The translations under genes and the position numbers were made by a program. A stretch of DNA of 64,000 nucleotides from Candidatus Anderseniibacteriota bacterium (GTDB taxonomy: Bacteria; Patescibacteriota; Andersenbacteria; UBA10190): NCBI GenBank assembly GCA_021414205.1, contig JAIOOW010000003.1, positions 195,370 through 259,369 on the forward strand, given 5' to 3'. Of the stretch, positions 28,955 to 39,188 are shown piece after piece (position 1 is the stretch's first letter; each line of letters starts with the position of its first letter). The notes beneath the pieces are model-generated. The model had not been told where the DNA came from and ran no database searches. It worked only from the letters and a program-made list of their open reading frames with translations.

Positions 28955-30181
28955 TTATACGTTCGGATTTAGCAGGGTTTGTATCTTCTCAACTGCATCT
29001 GCAACTGATGTAGTTTCTTCAGTAATCGATTCGGACTTTAGTGAAACTGTTTTATCTGCCATTTCTTTTTTACCAAGAATGATTGCAATCGGAATTCGCT
29101 GTTCTTTTGATGCATGAATTTTCTTTCCGATTCGTTCGTCTCGAACGTCTACGAATACGCGGGCACCTGCTTGCTTGAGCGCTTGAGCAACTTCTTGTGC
29201 GTAGTCGTTCACGTCTTCAGTAATCGGCAGCACAGCAACTTGCACTGGTGCAAGCCATACCGGCAAGTGGCCGTTAGTATGTTCGAGTAATACTCCAATA
29301 AACCGTTCATATGAACCGAGAATAGCGCGATGAATCATGACTGGTCGCTGTTTTGAGCCGTCTTCCGCGGTGTATTCCAATTCGAATCGGTTAGGCACGT
29401 TAAAATCAAGCTGAGCTGTTGCGAGCTGCCATGAACGTCCAAGACTATCTGTTGCAGTGAAATCAATCTTAGGGCCATAGAATGCAGCTTCACCCTCAGC
29501 TTTTTCGGGAGAAGGAAGGCCGTTTGCAATTACTGCTTCCTCAAGTATTTTTTCAGCAGCATTCCAAACATCATCAGATCCAAGATATTTTTCCGGAGTT
29601 TTTGGATCACGAAGGGAAAGTCGGGCAGTAAGCGTGAAATCAAACGCGGAATAAAATGTGGCAATACTTTTTAGAATACGGGAAAGTTCCTCTGAAACTT
29701 GATCTGGTCGGCAAAAAATATGACCATCATCTTGAGTGATTGCTCGTACGCGAGATAAACCTAATAGCTCACCAGCTTGTTCGTCTCGGTATACAGTCGT
29801 ATTTTCAGAGTACCGCATCGGCAAATCGCGATAGCTTCGCAAGCGACTTGCATAAATCTGTGTGTGATGTGGGCAATTCATCGGCTTCATAACGAATTCG
29901 GTATCAGCATGGCCTGTAACATAAAAAAGATCGTCTTTGAATTTATCCCAATGGCCGGACGTCTTATATAGCCCCGGTTTCGTGATATGCGGAATCCATA
30001 CTTGTTCGTACCCTAGTGGCTCTAAAATAGACCATAAAAAGTTCTCCAATTGCTTTCGGATAACAGTGCCTTTTGGAGTAAATAGGGGAAGGCCGGATCC
30101 TACGTGCTCGGAAAACGTAAATAAATCCATTTCCTGACCGATTTTTCGATGATCGGGAATGTTTTGTTCTGGTTCGTTCAT
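28955..30181 (-). CDS. thrS: threonine--tRNA ligase, catalytic + anticodon-binding domains only (no N-terminal TGS/editing domains)
   Basis: Starts at DHRKIGQEMDLF (equivalent to E. coli ThrRS ~residue 243); class II motifs KPMNCPHH, TQDDGHIFC; 408 aa. Confidence 0.85.
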   Translation of the reverse strand: MNEPEQNIPDHRKIGQEMDLFTFSEHVGSGLPLFTPKGTVIRKQLENFLWSILEPLGYEQVWIPHITKPGLYKTSGHWDKFKDDLFYVTGHADTEFVMKPMNCPHHTQIYASRLRSYRDLPMRYSENTTVYRDEQAGELLGLSRVRAITQDDGHIFCRPDQVSEELSRILKSIATFYSAFDFTLTARLSLRDPKTPEKYLGSDDVWNAAEKILEEAVIANGLPSPEKAEGEAAFYGPKIDFTATDSLGRSWQLATAQLDFNVPNRFELEYTAEDGSKQRPVMIHRAILGSYERFIGVLLEHTNGHLPVWLAPVQVAVLPITEDVNDYAQEVAQALKQAGARVFVDVRDERIGKKIHASKEQRIPIAIILGKKEMADKTVSLKSESITEETTSVADAVEKIQTLLNPNV

Positions 30182-30206
30182 AGCCTTATTTGTACTATAT
30201 GTTGGT

Positions 30207-31340
30207 TTAATGCGCCACTTCTACGTTAATTTGGCTGAGATTCGATGGGGTAGAGGAGACCCAGAACGGCCAGAATTTGATATCGACGCTCCCGATGCTC
30301 GGAAACGATGTGAAGTGGTCGTTGAGCTCTTGTTTTGATAATCCTGCCAAATTATTCTCAGATAATTCTGTTGAACCGATTTTTTTCGCGTATGTTCCGG
30401 TAAGAGTTGCGGATACTTTTGCCTGGCCCGTTGCCCAATCGGTTTGAGAGATTTTTAGGGAAAACGATGCCGGGTCGTACGAGAGAAATTCCTCATCTGG
30501 CGCAACGTCTGCCCTCAGCGCCAGCGTCATAAGGCTCACAATATCGTGAGAATCTACGATAAATTCTTTTGCTTGCACTGTTGCGCTTGCAGTGTAGCTA
30601 ACGGCGTGGCTACCAGCTTGCACAGACGCATCGTTGCTTTCCGTGTTTACGGATAATAAATCTTGGCGAATTTCAGCGCCGCCCGCTTGTTGTTTTATTT
30701 TGTCGAGTGCTTGCGCTGTCGCATCATCTAATGCCGACTTTTTAGCATTATCGATGTCTTGCTGAGAGATGGTCTGTGCGCCTACTTGGCCTCCAGAAAA
30801 TTGAGACGTGCTTACCGCATATACCACTTTTTGAAGTCCGGGAGAAAATTTATCTATTAAAAATTTCCCCGGAGCTACGTCGCCTGATGATCCTGTCTGT
30901 TCCGCAGTTATGGATGCATCGACGGTCCCTTGAGGAGGAATGATGACGGGGTTATCGGTAAGAAACATTGTTCCGTTTGGTTCGTATCGCAAGTGCGTAT
31001 GAGGCAGTAGCCGCTGTTCTGTGTCCTGATTATTCGTAAACGTCACCGTTCCTTTCGAATTGCCTTGCGTAATATCTCCCCCTGATTGTTGGACTGTTTT
31101 TTGCGCAGTTCCTTCTTGCGTTATTATTTTTGCAGGAAGCGCATAGTGAATATAGTCAGGGGTAGTACTTTTTGAAGACAGAAGGATATCTTTTGAAACG
31201 TTTCGCTGAGTGATTTTTGGATGAACGGTAATTGTTGCATGAGGAAGCGTCGTACCAAGTACGATAACAATTCCCCCAAGCACGCACAGCGTTATGAGTG
31301 CAAAGACACTTCGTTTCGGTAAAAAAACTTGAATAGCCAT
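30207..31340 (-). CDS. hypothetical N-terminally anchored extracytoplasmic protein
   Basis: ORF trimmed to Met after dnaE stop; TM helix ALITLCVLGGIVIVLG then Thr/Ser/Gln-rich domain. Confidence 0.55.
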   Translation of the reverse strand: MAIQVFLPKRSVFALITLCVLGGIVIVLGTTLPHATITVHPKITQRNVSKDILLSSKSTTPDYIHYALPAKIITQEGTAQKTVQQSGGDITQGNSKGTVTFTNNQDTEQRLLPHTHLRYEPNGTMFLTDNPVIIPPQGTVDASITAEQTGSSGDVAPGKFLIDKFSPGLQKVVYAVSTSQFSGGQVGAQTISQQDIDNAKKSALDDATAQALDKIKQQAGGAEIRQDLLSVNTESNDASVQAGSHAVSYTASATVQAKEFIVDSHDIVSLMTLALRADVAPDEEFLSYDPASFSLKISQTDWATGQAKVSATLTGTYAKKIGSTELSENNLAGLSKQELNDHFTSFPSIGSVDIKFWPFWVSSTPSNLSQINVEVAH

Positions 31341-31344
31341 AGTG

Positions 31345-34300
31345 TTACGTTGGAATGCGAATTGATTGCCTGCCAATAATGTCGGCAATTGCTGAAACCG
31401 TATCATCGCTAAGGGTAATGCGATAGGGGGTAGAGATGGTGGCCACGGAGCCCCCGCGAGGAATGTGCAGTGTGACGGGAATGCCGTTCGCGTCAACCTG
31501 CTTTTCTGAAAGTACGACGCGCAATTTTTCTAAGTCATCTCGTGACACTGAAGAGGAAAGAGAAAGTGTTACGGTCGGTCGTCGTTTTTCGCTTTGAGGG
31601 ATTGCGGGCTCCGCTGCTGCAGATTCTTTCGTAAGCGGGCGCACTTTATTCGCCAGCACTTTCGCTTCACCATCCTTATCTGAGAGCGTTCCATCGACGA
31701 TAATTTTTGCGCCATCTATCCAGAGAGACCCAGTTTCTTCGAGCAGTTTAGGAAATACTAATATTTCCGCCGCGTGCGATAAGTCTTCTATCGTAACGAA
31801 CAGCATGGGCTTCCCACTCTTGGTAATAATCTTTTTCATGCGAGAAATGATCCCTGCAATCCTAATGGTTGCGCCGTCTCGCCCGGTCGTAACGGATGCG
31901 ACAGGAGATGCGATTCGATCCATGATAGATACGTATTCTCGCAACGGGTGTTCGGAAATATATAACCCAAGCAATTCTTTTTCCCAGCCTAAGCGCTCAT
32001 CTTGCGTGCTTGGTGTTGCTTGCTGTAGCGTAATCTTTGGTTCTGGAAGAGGCTTGCTCGATGTTCCAAATAAATTCTTTTGTCCGGCGTCTGTTTTTCT
32101 GTGCAGTGCGCGATTAAAATCAAGTAGCGCGTCTGCATTTGCAAGCACTTCATTGCGATCGGTGAATAAGTCGAATCCGCCTGCTTTCGCCAAGCTTTCA
32201 ACTGTTTTTTTATTGAAATCTTTCGCATTTATTCTTCTAAATACGTCGAATAAATCCTTGAATGGTCCGCGGGCAGTTCGCTCCTCAATGAGCGCCGTCA
32301 TTGCGTGGGTTCCTACGTTTTTTACGGCAGATAATCCGAATCTGATTGCCTGCGCATCGTCTTTTATTTTTACAACGGAGAAGTCCACTTCGCTTTCATT
32401 CACGTCAGGAGGGAGGACGGGAATGTTGAGCGTGATTGCGTCGGCTACTTCAATTGCTTGCCGGTCGGTATTTCCTTGATCGGATGTTAGTAGTGCGGCC
32501 ATAAATTCTGCAGGGTAGTGCGCTTTAAGGTACGCCGTGTGATATGCAATCATGGCGTAGCATGCGGCATGCGCGCGGTTAAATCCATATCGGGCGAAGG
32601 GTTCAATGAAATCCCATACAGCCTGGGCTGTTTTTTGATCAACGCCCTGGGTTTTAATTGCTCCTGCAATAAATTTCTCTCGTTGTTCGTCCAGTAATTC
32701 TTTAATCTTTTTACCTACTGCTTTGCGCAAGATGTCCGCTTCAGCATAGGAGAAGCCAGAGAATTGTCGGGCAATCATGAGCACCTGGTCCTGCGTTACG
32801 ATAACGCCGTACGTTTTTTCCAGAATTGGTCTCAGCGTAGGGTGCAGGTATGTAATTTTTTTTCGTCCGTGTTTCGCGGCGATGAAATCAGGAATAGAAT
32901 CCATCGGTCCTGGGCGATAGAGAGCAACCATAGAGATAATATCCTCGAATTCAGAAGGTTTTAATTCTTTTAAGTAGCGTCTCATGCCAGAGGATTCTAA
33001 CTGGAACACTCCGATCGTTTTTGCTTGTTGGAGAAGTTCGTACGTTGCGGTGTCTTTTACGGAAAGAGTATCCAAGTTAATTTCTACGCCGTGCAGTTTT
33101 TTAATAATTTCTAATGCTTTTTGCAAAATTGTTAAGTTCTTGAGGCCCAAGAAGTCCATTTTCAAAAGCCCCAGTGCTTCCACTGCTCCCATCGCATATT
33201 GCGTCACGGTGTCTTTTGAGCCGTCTGATGTGCTCGATAGCTGCAAGGGGACATATTCCGTTAATGGCTTGTCGGTAATTACCACGGCAGCAGCGTGGGT
33301 GCTGGCGTGCCTACATACGCCCTCAAGTTTTTTTGCCATGTCGATTAATTTTTTCGCTTGCGGATCTTTGGTATACAAATCTTTTAATTCGCCGTCTTGC
33401 GACAATGCTTCTTCGAAGTTTGTAAATTGAGGAATAGCTTTTGCAACCTGGTCGCAGAATGAATACGGCATTGCCATTGCGCGGCCAGCATCGCGTACCG
33501 CAGCGCGTGCGGCCATTGTTCCGAATGTAATAATCTGTGATACGTGCTCTGCCCCATATTTTTCTCGCACATAATCAATGACCTCGCCACGGCGATCGTC
33601 CGCAAAGTCCAAGTCGATGTCGGGCATGCTTACGCGTTCCGGGTTCAAGAATCGCTCGAACAATAATTCGTATTGAATTGGGTCGACGTTGGTAATATTG
33701 GTAAGGTAGGCAACGAAGCTTCCTGCAGCGCTTCCTCTTCCTGGGCCAACGAAAATACCTCTGCTTTTTGCTTCCATCACAAAATCGGAAACGATCAAGA
33801 AGTACGCAGAGAACCCTGTCTGGGAAATAACCCCTAATTCATAATCGAGGCGTTCAAGAGCGCCTTCTGGAATTTTTTTGTCATATCTTGTCTTGAGTCC
33901 TTTTTCACATAATTCGCGCAGTGCTTGATCGGGTGTTTTTTCTTTTGGAAGAGGGAAGCGAGGGAGCTGATTTTTGTAGAATTCGAATGTTACATCACAC
34001 ATGTCTGCAATTTTCTGCGTATTATCCACCGCTTCAGGATGTTCTTTCCATGCCTCCTTTAATTCTTCGGGGCTTTTGAGCGAGTAGTCTTCGTCCGTCA
34101 TACTCATTCTATCTGTTTCGTCTACTGTTCTGCCTGTCTGTACGCAAATAAGCACGTCTTGTGCGGCAGCGTCTTCGGGGTGAATGTAGTGCGAGTCGGA
34201 TGTTGCAACTAATCCCACGTTATATTTTTTTGCGAGCTTGATTAATTCCGCATTTAACTTGAGCTGATCTGGAATATTCGGATGGTCTTGCACTTCCAAA

Positions 34301-34824
34301 TAAAAATGTTCTTTGCCAAATAATTCCAAGTGCCACTTAATTAAATTCTCCGCATCTTCCATGCGATTACCCATGATTGCTCGGGAGATATCGCCGTTCA
34401 AGCATCCGGATAATACGACCAAGCCCTCATGATGTTGTTCTAGTAATTCGTAATCAATCCTCGGTTTGTAGTAGTAGCCTTCGAGGAACGCTTTTGTTGA
34501 AAGCTGTATCAAGTTTTTATAGCCAGTATTGTTTGAGGCGATGAGGGATATGTGCCTTGGGTTGGCATCCATTTTTCCGCGCTTGTTGTGCCTGCCGTTC
34601 GGCGCTAAGTATCCTTCCATGCCGATAATTGGTTTAACTCCAGTGCCTTGCGCTGCCTGCACAAATTCTATAGCAGAATACATGGAGCCATGGTCCGTAA
34701 TAGCAAGGCTATTCATGCCTAATTCTTTTGTGCGAGCAACTAATGCATTAACTTTACCCAATCCGTCAAGCAACGAGTAGTGAGAGTGGACGTGCAAGTG
34801 AGTAAAGTCGTTCATGGCCTTCAA
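31345..34824 (-). CDS. dnaE: DNA polymerase III alpha subunit
   Basis: 1159 aa; N-terminal PHP domain (HLHVHSHYSLLDG), polymerase core, OB-fold. Confidence 0.95.
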   Translation of the reverse strand: MKAMNDFTHLHVHSHYSLLDGLGKVNALVARTKELGMNSLAITDHGSMYSAIEFVQAAQGTGVKPIIGMEGYLAPNGRHNKRGKMDANPRHISLIASNNTGYKNLIQLSTKAFLEGYYYKPRIDYELLEQHHEGLVVLSGCLNGDISRAIMGNRMEDAENLIKWHLELFGKEHFYLEVQDHPNIPDQLKLNAELIKLAKKYNVGLVATSDSHYIHPEDAAAQDVLICVQTGRTVDETDRMSMTDEDYSLKSPEELKEAWKEHPEAVDNTQKIADMCDVTFEFYKNQLPRFPLPKEKTPDQALRELCEKGLKTRYDKKIPEGALERLDYELGVISQTGFSAYFLIVSDFVMEAKSRGIFVGPGRGSAAGSFVAYLTNITNVDPIQYELLFERFLNPERVSMPDIDLDFADDRRGEVIDYVREKYGAEHVSQIITFGTMAARAAVRDAGRAMAMPYSFCDQVAKAIPQFTNFEEALSQDGELKDLYTKDPQAKKLIDMAKKLEGVCRHASTHAAAVVITDKPLTEYVPLQLSSTSDGSKDTVTQYAMGAVEALGLLKMDFLGLKNLTILQKALEIIKKLHGVEINLDTLSVKDTATYELLQQAKTIGVFQLESSGMRRYLKELKPSEFEDIISMVALYRPGPMDSIPDFIAAKHGRKKITYLHPTLRPILEKTYGVIVTQDQVLMIARQFSGFSYAEADILRKAVGKKIKELLDEQREKFIAGAIKTQGVDQKTAQAVWDFIEPFARYGFNRAHAACYAMIAYHTAYLKAHYPAEFMAALLTSDQGNTDRQAIEVADAITLNIPVLPPDVNESEVDFSVVKIKDDAQAIRFGLSAVKNVGTHAMTALIEERTARGPFKDLFDVFRRINAKDFNKKTVESLAKAGGFDLFTDRNEVLANADALLDFNRALHRKTDAGQKNLFGTSSKPLPEPKITLQQATPSTQDERLGWEKELLGLYISEHPLREYVSIMDRIASPVASVTTGRDGATIRIAGIISRMKKIITKSGKPMLFVTIEDLSHAAEILVFPKLLEETGSLWIDGAKIIVDGTLSDKDGEAKVLANKVRPLTKESAAAEPAIPQSEKRRPTVTLSLSSSVSRDDLEKLRVVLSEKQVDANGIPVTLHIPRGGSVATISTPYRITLSDDTVSAIADIIGRQSIRIPT

Positions 34825-34923
34825 GTATACCGCGCAGGAGGTAAAAGAATAAAGATGATTTTAAAAGAAAAGGCACGCTTCGAATTGCTTCGATGCGTGC
34901 CACTAAGCGTGCGCTTGTTGTAA

Positions 34924-35223
34924 CTAGGCGGGTACCACGTCGATCGCCTCGTATTGCGGAATGTGTATAATTGCAAACTCGCGAATAACGTCTCCAAGTG
35001 TTTTGAACCAGGCTTCCCGTACCTGCTGATCGCAATCAGCAGGGGATTCCACCTTTGCGGTAATTTCTGATCCCCTGGCGGAGTCTCTGGGAATTTCAAC
35101 AGTAATGTCATCCAAGGTAAGTCCGATTTTTGGGTGGATTTGGACAGTTCCACACAGTTCCTCCGCAAGGCGATCGAGGGGGATACCCTGGGGAATCCCC
35201 GTAACAGTTATCTTCATTTCCAC
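34924..35223 (-). CDS. hypothetical protein (99 aa)
   Basis: ORF only; plausible composition; overlapping alternative frames look random. Confidence 0.35.
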   Translation of the reverse strand: MEMKITVTGIPQGIPLDRLAEELCGTVQIHPKIGLTLDDITVEIPRDSARGSEITAKVESPADCDQQVREAWFKTLGDVIREFAIIHIPQYEAIDVVPA

Positions 35224-35326
35224 AGTCTGGTACTCCTGAAAAGGGCGGGTGGTTCAACTAAAACAGCAGCTCAATCAACGAAGAATTATTATATATAAAT
35301 CAGGAAAAAACAAGAAGGCATATGGT

Positions 35327-36133
35327 ATGATGTGGTATATGAGCATGCATCGGGTCGTAAAAAAGACGCTATATGCTGGAGGGTTCGGACTTTTTGTATG
35401 CTTGATATTGTTTTTGATTATTTCTCCGTTTTTACCGAAAAAACAAAACACTGGCCCGGTTGTGACTCCGGAGCCGCTGCAGGCAATTGCTGTTGAAAAC
35501 ATCGTTGCAATTCCGCATATTGATGAGCCGGGCCCAACTGGAAAAACAGTCGACGTGGTTGCACGGCTTCGCAATAATAATCCGCGCGCAGGGACGGGCG
35601 ATTACCCGGTGACGTTTCAACTAAAAGATTCTTCGGGCTCCGTCATTCAATCAGTGACGCAGCATGAGTATGTGCTGCCAGGGGCGATCGGATATGTTGC
35701 CGCGCTTGATATACAGGTTCCGCCAGGCACGACGTATGATCACGCCGAAGTGGTGACGCCGAAAGACGTGCAGCTTATGACGATTCCCGACTCAGCGCCC
35801 ACACCTCAATTCAGCGTGTTTCTGCAGGATAGAACATTGATAGCTTCCGGCAATTTTCCATACGAACAGCAGACGGGAATTGTGACGAATACGTCGTCGT
35901 TTGATTGGCATGTCGTAGACGTCGTAGCAGTTGCGCTTGATGATAATGGGGCAATTATAGGGGTTGGTAAAAGTACAGTAGGCAAATTGCTGGTCGGCGA
36001 GCAGCGTCAGTTTACGCTGCAATGGCCTCGTCCGAATGCAAAAACAAACAGGGTGATTGCCATCGCCACTACGAACATGTTTAATGATTCCAATTTTGTA
36101 AATATCATTGGCGATCCGAACGCATTGCGGTAA
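35327..36133 (+). CDS. hypothetical N-terminally anchored protein
   Basis: Start at ATG 35327 after AAGAAGGCA SD; TM helix then soluble domain. Confidence 0.55.
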   Translation: MMWYMSMHRVVKKTLYAGGFGLFVCLILFLIISPFLPKKQNTGPVVTPEPLQAIAVENIVAIPHIDEPGPTGKTVDVVARLRNNNPRAGTGDYPVTFQLKDSSGSVIQSVTQHEYVLPGAIGYVAALDIQVPPGTTYDHAEVVTPKDVQLMTIPDSAPTPQFSVFLQDRTLIASGNFPYEQQTGIVTNTSSFDWHVVDVVAVALDDNGAIIGVGKSTVGKLLVGEQRQFTLQWPRPNAKTNRVIAIATTNMFNDSNFVNIIGDPNALR

Positions 36134-36142
36134 AACAAATAC

Positions 36143-37264
36143 ATGAGGTTTTCTGACGTATTGCGTTCAGCTGATTGGGTTATTGTAGGGTGCGTAGCAC
36201 TGCTCGCCAGCATCGGGCTTGCCATGCTTGCTTCTGCCACGGATTCTGGGCAAGCGCTATCGCCGTTATTGTATCGTCAGGCAATTGCTCTTGCCCTTGG
36301 CTTTCTTGTGCTGATAGTAACAATGAGGATCCCGTATCATACGTGGAAGCGTTTTGCTCCGCTGTTATTCGGAGTCGGGGTCGTAAGCCAGATCGGGTTG
36401 GCGATTGCCGGGCGAGCTATTCGAGGAACTGTGAGTCGAGTGGATATTTTGGGATTCCAGATTCAGCCATCCGAATTCGTAAAAGTTGCGCTAGTACTCG
36501 TGCTCGCGCTAGTACTTTCTAAGTATGGAAGGCTCGGGTGGAGGCAAATCGGGATTACGTTCGGCATTATTGCCATACCTGTTTTCTTGGTATTGCGAGA
36601 GCCGGACTTGGGGATGGCAGCCGTTATGATGAGCGCCTGGATTGGAATGCTGATCGTATTCGGGCTGCCGTTTCGCACCTTTGTGGCTATTTGTTTAATA
36701 GGGAGTTTAGCATTTGCCGGGGCGTGGAATGGGCTATTGTTTGATTATCAGAAAAAAAGAATTTTAACGTTTCTGCATCCGACTGCTGACCCGCTTTCAA
36801 CGGGCTATAACGTAACGCAATCTATCATTGCATTAGGTTCCGGGCAATTATTTGGCAGAGGATTAGGGCATGGTCCGCAATCGCAGCTAAAGTTTCTTCC
36901 CGAACAGCATACTGATTTTATTTTAGCCAGCGTAGGGGAGGAGTTAGGCTTTGTCGGGATCGCATTAATATGTGCGCTCTACGGCATATTGCTATGGCGA
37001 GTGATTATTATCATTCGAAGCGTAGACGATCCATTTGCCCAATTAGTGGGAACCGGGGCGTTTTTCCTTTTAATAACGGGTTTTACCGTAAATGCAGGAA
37101 TGAATATGGGATTACTGCCCGTAACCGGAATTCCGTTGCCGTTTATCAGTTATGGAGGGTCTAACTTATTAACATCCTGTTTTTTACTGGGACTAGTCGA
37201 GTCGTTAAAGATTCATAGTAGATTTACCCAGCAAGCTCCTCGAGAATTGAGCTCATTTATTTAA
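36143..37264 (+). CDS. SEDS-family peptidoglycan polymerase (FtsW/RodA)
   Basis: 10-TM protein with GIPLPFISYGGSNLL signature. Confidence 0.85.
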   Translation: MRFSDVLRSADWVIVGCVALLASIGLAMLASATDSGQALSPLLYRQAIALALGFLVLIVTMRIPYHTWKRFAPLLFGVGVVSQIGLAIAGRAIRGTVSRVDILGFQIQPSEFVKVALVLVLALVLSKYGRLGWRQIGITFGIIAIPVFLVLREPDLGMAAVMMSAWIGMLIVFGLPFRTFVAICLIGSLAFAGAWNGLLFDYQKKRILTFLHPTADPLSTGYNVTQSIIALGSGQLFGRGLGHGPQSQLKFLPEQHTDFILASVGEELGFVGIALICALYGILLWRVIIIIRSVDDPFAQLVGTGAFFLLITGFTVNAGMNMGLLPVTGIPLPFISYGGSNLLTSCFLLGLVESLKIHSRFTQQAPRELSSFI

Positions 37265-37354
37265 AATCGAACACCATTTGTGTTCGGAAAACGTACGAAA
37301 TCGGATTGACATGAAGCGTTTTTTGGACTATGATAAAGAACATACAAGCACCCT

Positions 37355-37678
37355 ATGGAACTCGACGAAAACGTACATTTTATATCTCGATGCCCCTTTT
37401 GTAGCGCAGAATACGATCTGGATGGCGCGCGGGTAATCGGAGAAGAGGAGGACGCTACGGTAGTGTATGTTACCTGCTCAAAATGCGAGAGTTCTATCGT
37501 TGCAATGGTTGCCATGACTGGCCTTGGAATTGTGAGCTTAGGGCTAGTTACAGACATGACAGCAGAGGATACTAAGAAGTTTTTCGGGGCTAAAGAGGTT
37601 TCTGGCGACGAGCTTCTTTCTATGTACGAAATCTTAAAAGAAGATCAAAACGCCCTACGGGCATTGACGAAAAAATAA
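37355..37678 (+). CDS. hypothetical zinc-ribbon protein (107 aa)
   Basis: CPFC...CSKC Cys pairs; ORF only. Confidence 0.45.
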   Translation: MELDENVHFISRCPFCSAEYDLDGARVIGEEEDATVVYVTCSKCESSIVAMVAMTGLGIVSLGLVTDMTAEDTKKFFGAKEVSGDELLSMYEILKEDQNALRALTKK

Positions 37679-37702
37679 GGGTAGGCTACGCTGATAACTC
37701 AT

Positions 37703-38386
37703 ATGGCTGACAAGTTTACTATTGCTGCCCAATCACGAGATTCCCACATCGGGGAGCTTCGTCGTGCTGGCAACGTTCCTGCAGTGCTATACGGCCACGG
37801 GATCGAAGCGCAGAGCATTTCTATTGAAATGCGGGAATTTATGAAACTTTTGCCAAAAGCAGGGTACACGACGATTATCAACTTGAAATTAGACGATAAG
37901 AAAGAGCATCCGGTATTTATCCGAGACGTTCAATTCCATCCAGTCAAGAGCACTGTGATGCATGTTGATTTTTACCAAGTACGAATGGATGAAAAGGTTA
38001 CTGCAAAGGTCCCTCTTAAATTCGTTGGAGAAGCTCCTGCTGTGAAAGATATGGCTGGTACGCTTGTACGAAGCATGGACGAACTTGAAGTGGAAGCGCT
38101 TCCAATCGACTTGCCTCACGAACTTGAAGTTGATATTTCTACGATTAAAGACTTCGATACGCAATTACATGTTTCAAATATCATATTGCCAAAGGGTGTA
38201 GTTGCTCTTGCAGAAGCAGACGAAGTAATTGCGCTTGTGCAGCCACCACGATCTGAAGCTGAAATGGATTCTCTGTCTGAGGAAGTGAAGGAAGACGTAG
38301 AAGCAGTTGAGGGCGTGAAGAAGGAAGAGCCTGTTGAAGGTGAGGCTGCTGAAGGAGCAGAAGCAAAGCCGGAAGAAAAGAAATAA
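37703..38386 (+). CDS. rplY: 50S ribosomal protein L25/general stress protein Ctc, with acidic/Lys-rich C-terminal tail
   Basis: RAGNVPAVLYGHG...HPVKSTVMHVDF L25/Ctc signature. Confidence 0.85.
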   Translation: MADKFTIAAQSRDSHIGELRRAGNVPAVLYGHGIEAQSISIEMREFMKLLPKAGYTTIINLKLDDKKEHPVFIRDVQFHPVKSTVMHVDFYQVRMDEKVTAKVPLKFVGEAPAVKDMAGTLVRSMDELEVEALPIDLPHELEVDISTIKDFDTQLHVSNIILPKGVVALAEADEVIALVQPPRSEAEMDSLSEEVKEDVEAVEGVKKEEPVEGEAAEGAEAKPEEKK

Positions 38387-38420
38387 TAAAAAAGGAGAGT
38401 AATTACTCTCCTTTTTTATT
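38387..38420. terminator. bidirectional terminator (perfect 18-nt palindrome)
   Basis: AAAAAA-GGAGAGTAATTACTCTCC-TTTTTT between convergent rplY and prmC. Confidence 0.55.
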
Positions 38421-39188
38421 TGCTGTGATAATCTCTCCGCCAACTGTTTCTATGATTGCGGGGACGTTGTTTTCTTGGGAGTATCTGAGTATTTGATTTA
38501 CAAACTGAAGTCCGTCTTCGCCACCATCTAATGCAATGCGAGGCTCAAATAAAAGCCCTCGAGTATCTTGGGTAGAATCTCCAGCTGCCAGTTCTTCAGT
38601 GGGGATATAAGGCGGATTACTGACGATCAAGTCTACGTTTCTATTCAAAATAGGGGAGAGCATGTCGCCCTGCAAAAATTCTATTCTGTCTGCAACGCCA
38701 TGCTTTTCTGCATTTTGCTGTGCGATTTTTAAGGCGGCGGGGGATATATCCGTAGCGATGATATGAATATTTGGAAGCTCTAGCGCGAGTGTTGTTGCGA
38801 TAATTCCAGACCCAGTGCATATATCGGCAATAAGAATTTCTTGGGTAATATCAAAATTATTTTTTATATAATCCAATGCCGTATCTATCGAAGCTTCTGT
38901 GTCCGGGCGGGGGACGAGGACATTAGGGGTAACGATAAACGTCCGTCCGTAAAAATCAGCATGACCTAAAATATATGCCAACGGCATGCCTGTTTTGCGC
39001 TTTTCCGCCATTTCTAGAATGGTTTGGAGATTTTGCTCAGTAATAACATCTTCGCCGTGGGCGAGTAGGTAACTGGCGTCGTCTTTTGTAAGGATATGCA
39101 AAAGAATACGCTGCGCATCCAGTTCGGGCGCATCGGAAATAGTTCGCAGGGATGCTGCGACGTTCTGTTGTGCTTCGTGAATGGTCAT
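38403..39188 (-). CDS. prmC: release factor glutamine methyltransferase
   Basis: NPPY motif (IVSNPPYIP), SAM-binding fold. Confidence 0.85.
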   Translation of the reverse strand: MTIHEAQQNVAASLRTISDAPELDAQRILLHILTKDDASYLLAHGEDVITEQNLQTILEMAEKRKTGMPLAYILGHADFYGRTFIVTPNVLVPRPDTEASIDTALDYIKNNFDITQEILIADICTGSGIIATTLALELPNIHIIATDISPAALKIAQQNAEKHGVADRIEFLQGDMLSPILNRNVDLIVSNPPYIPTEELAAGDSTQDTRGLLFEPRIALDGGEDGLQFVNQILRYSQENNVPAIIETVGGEIITANKKGE

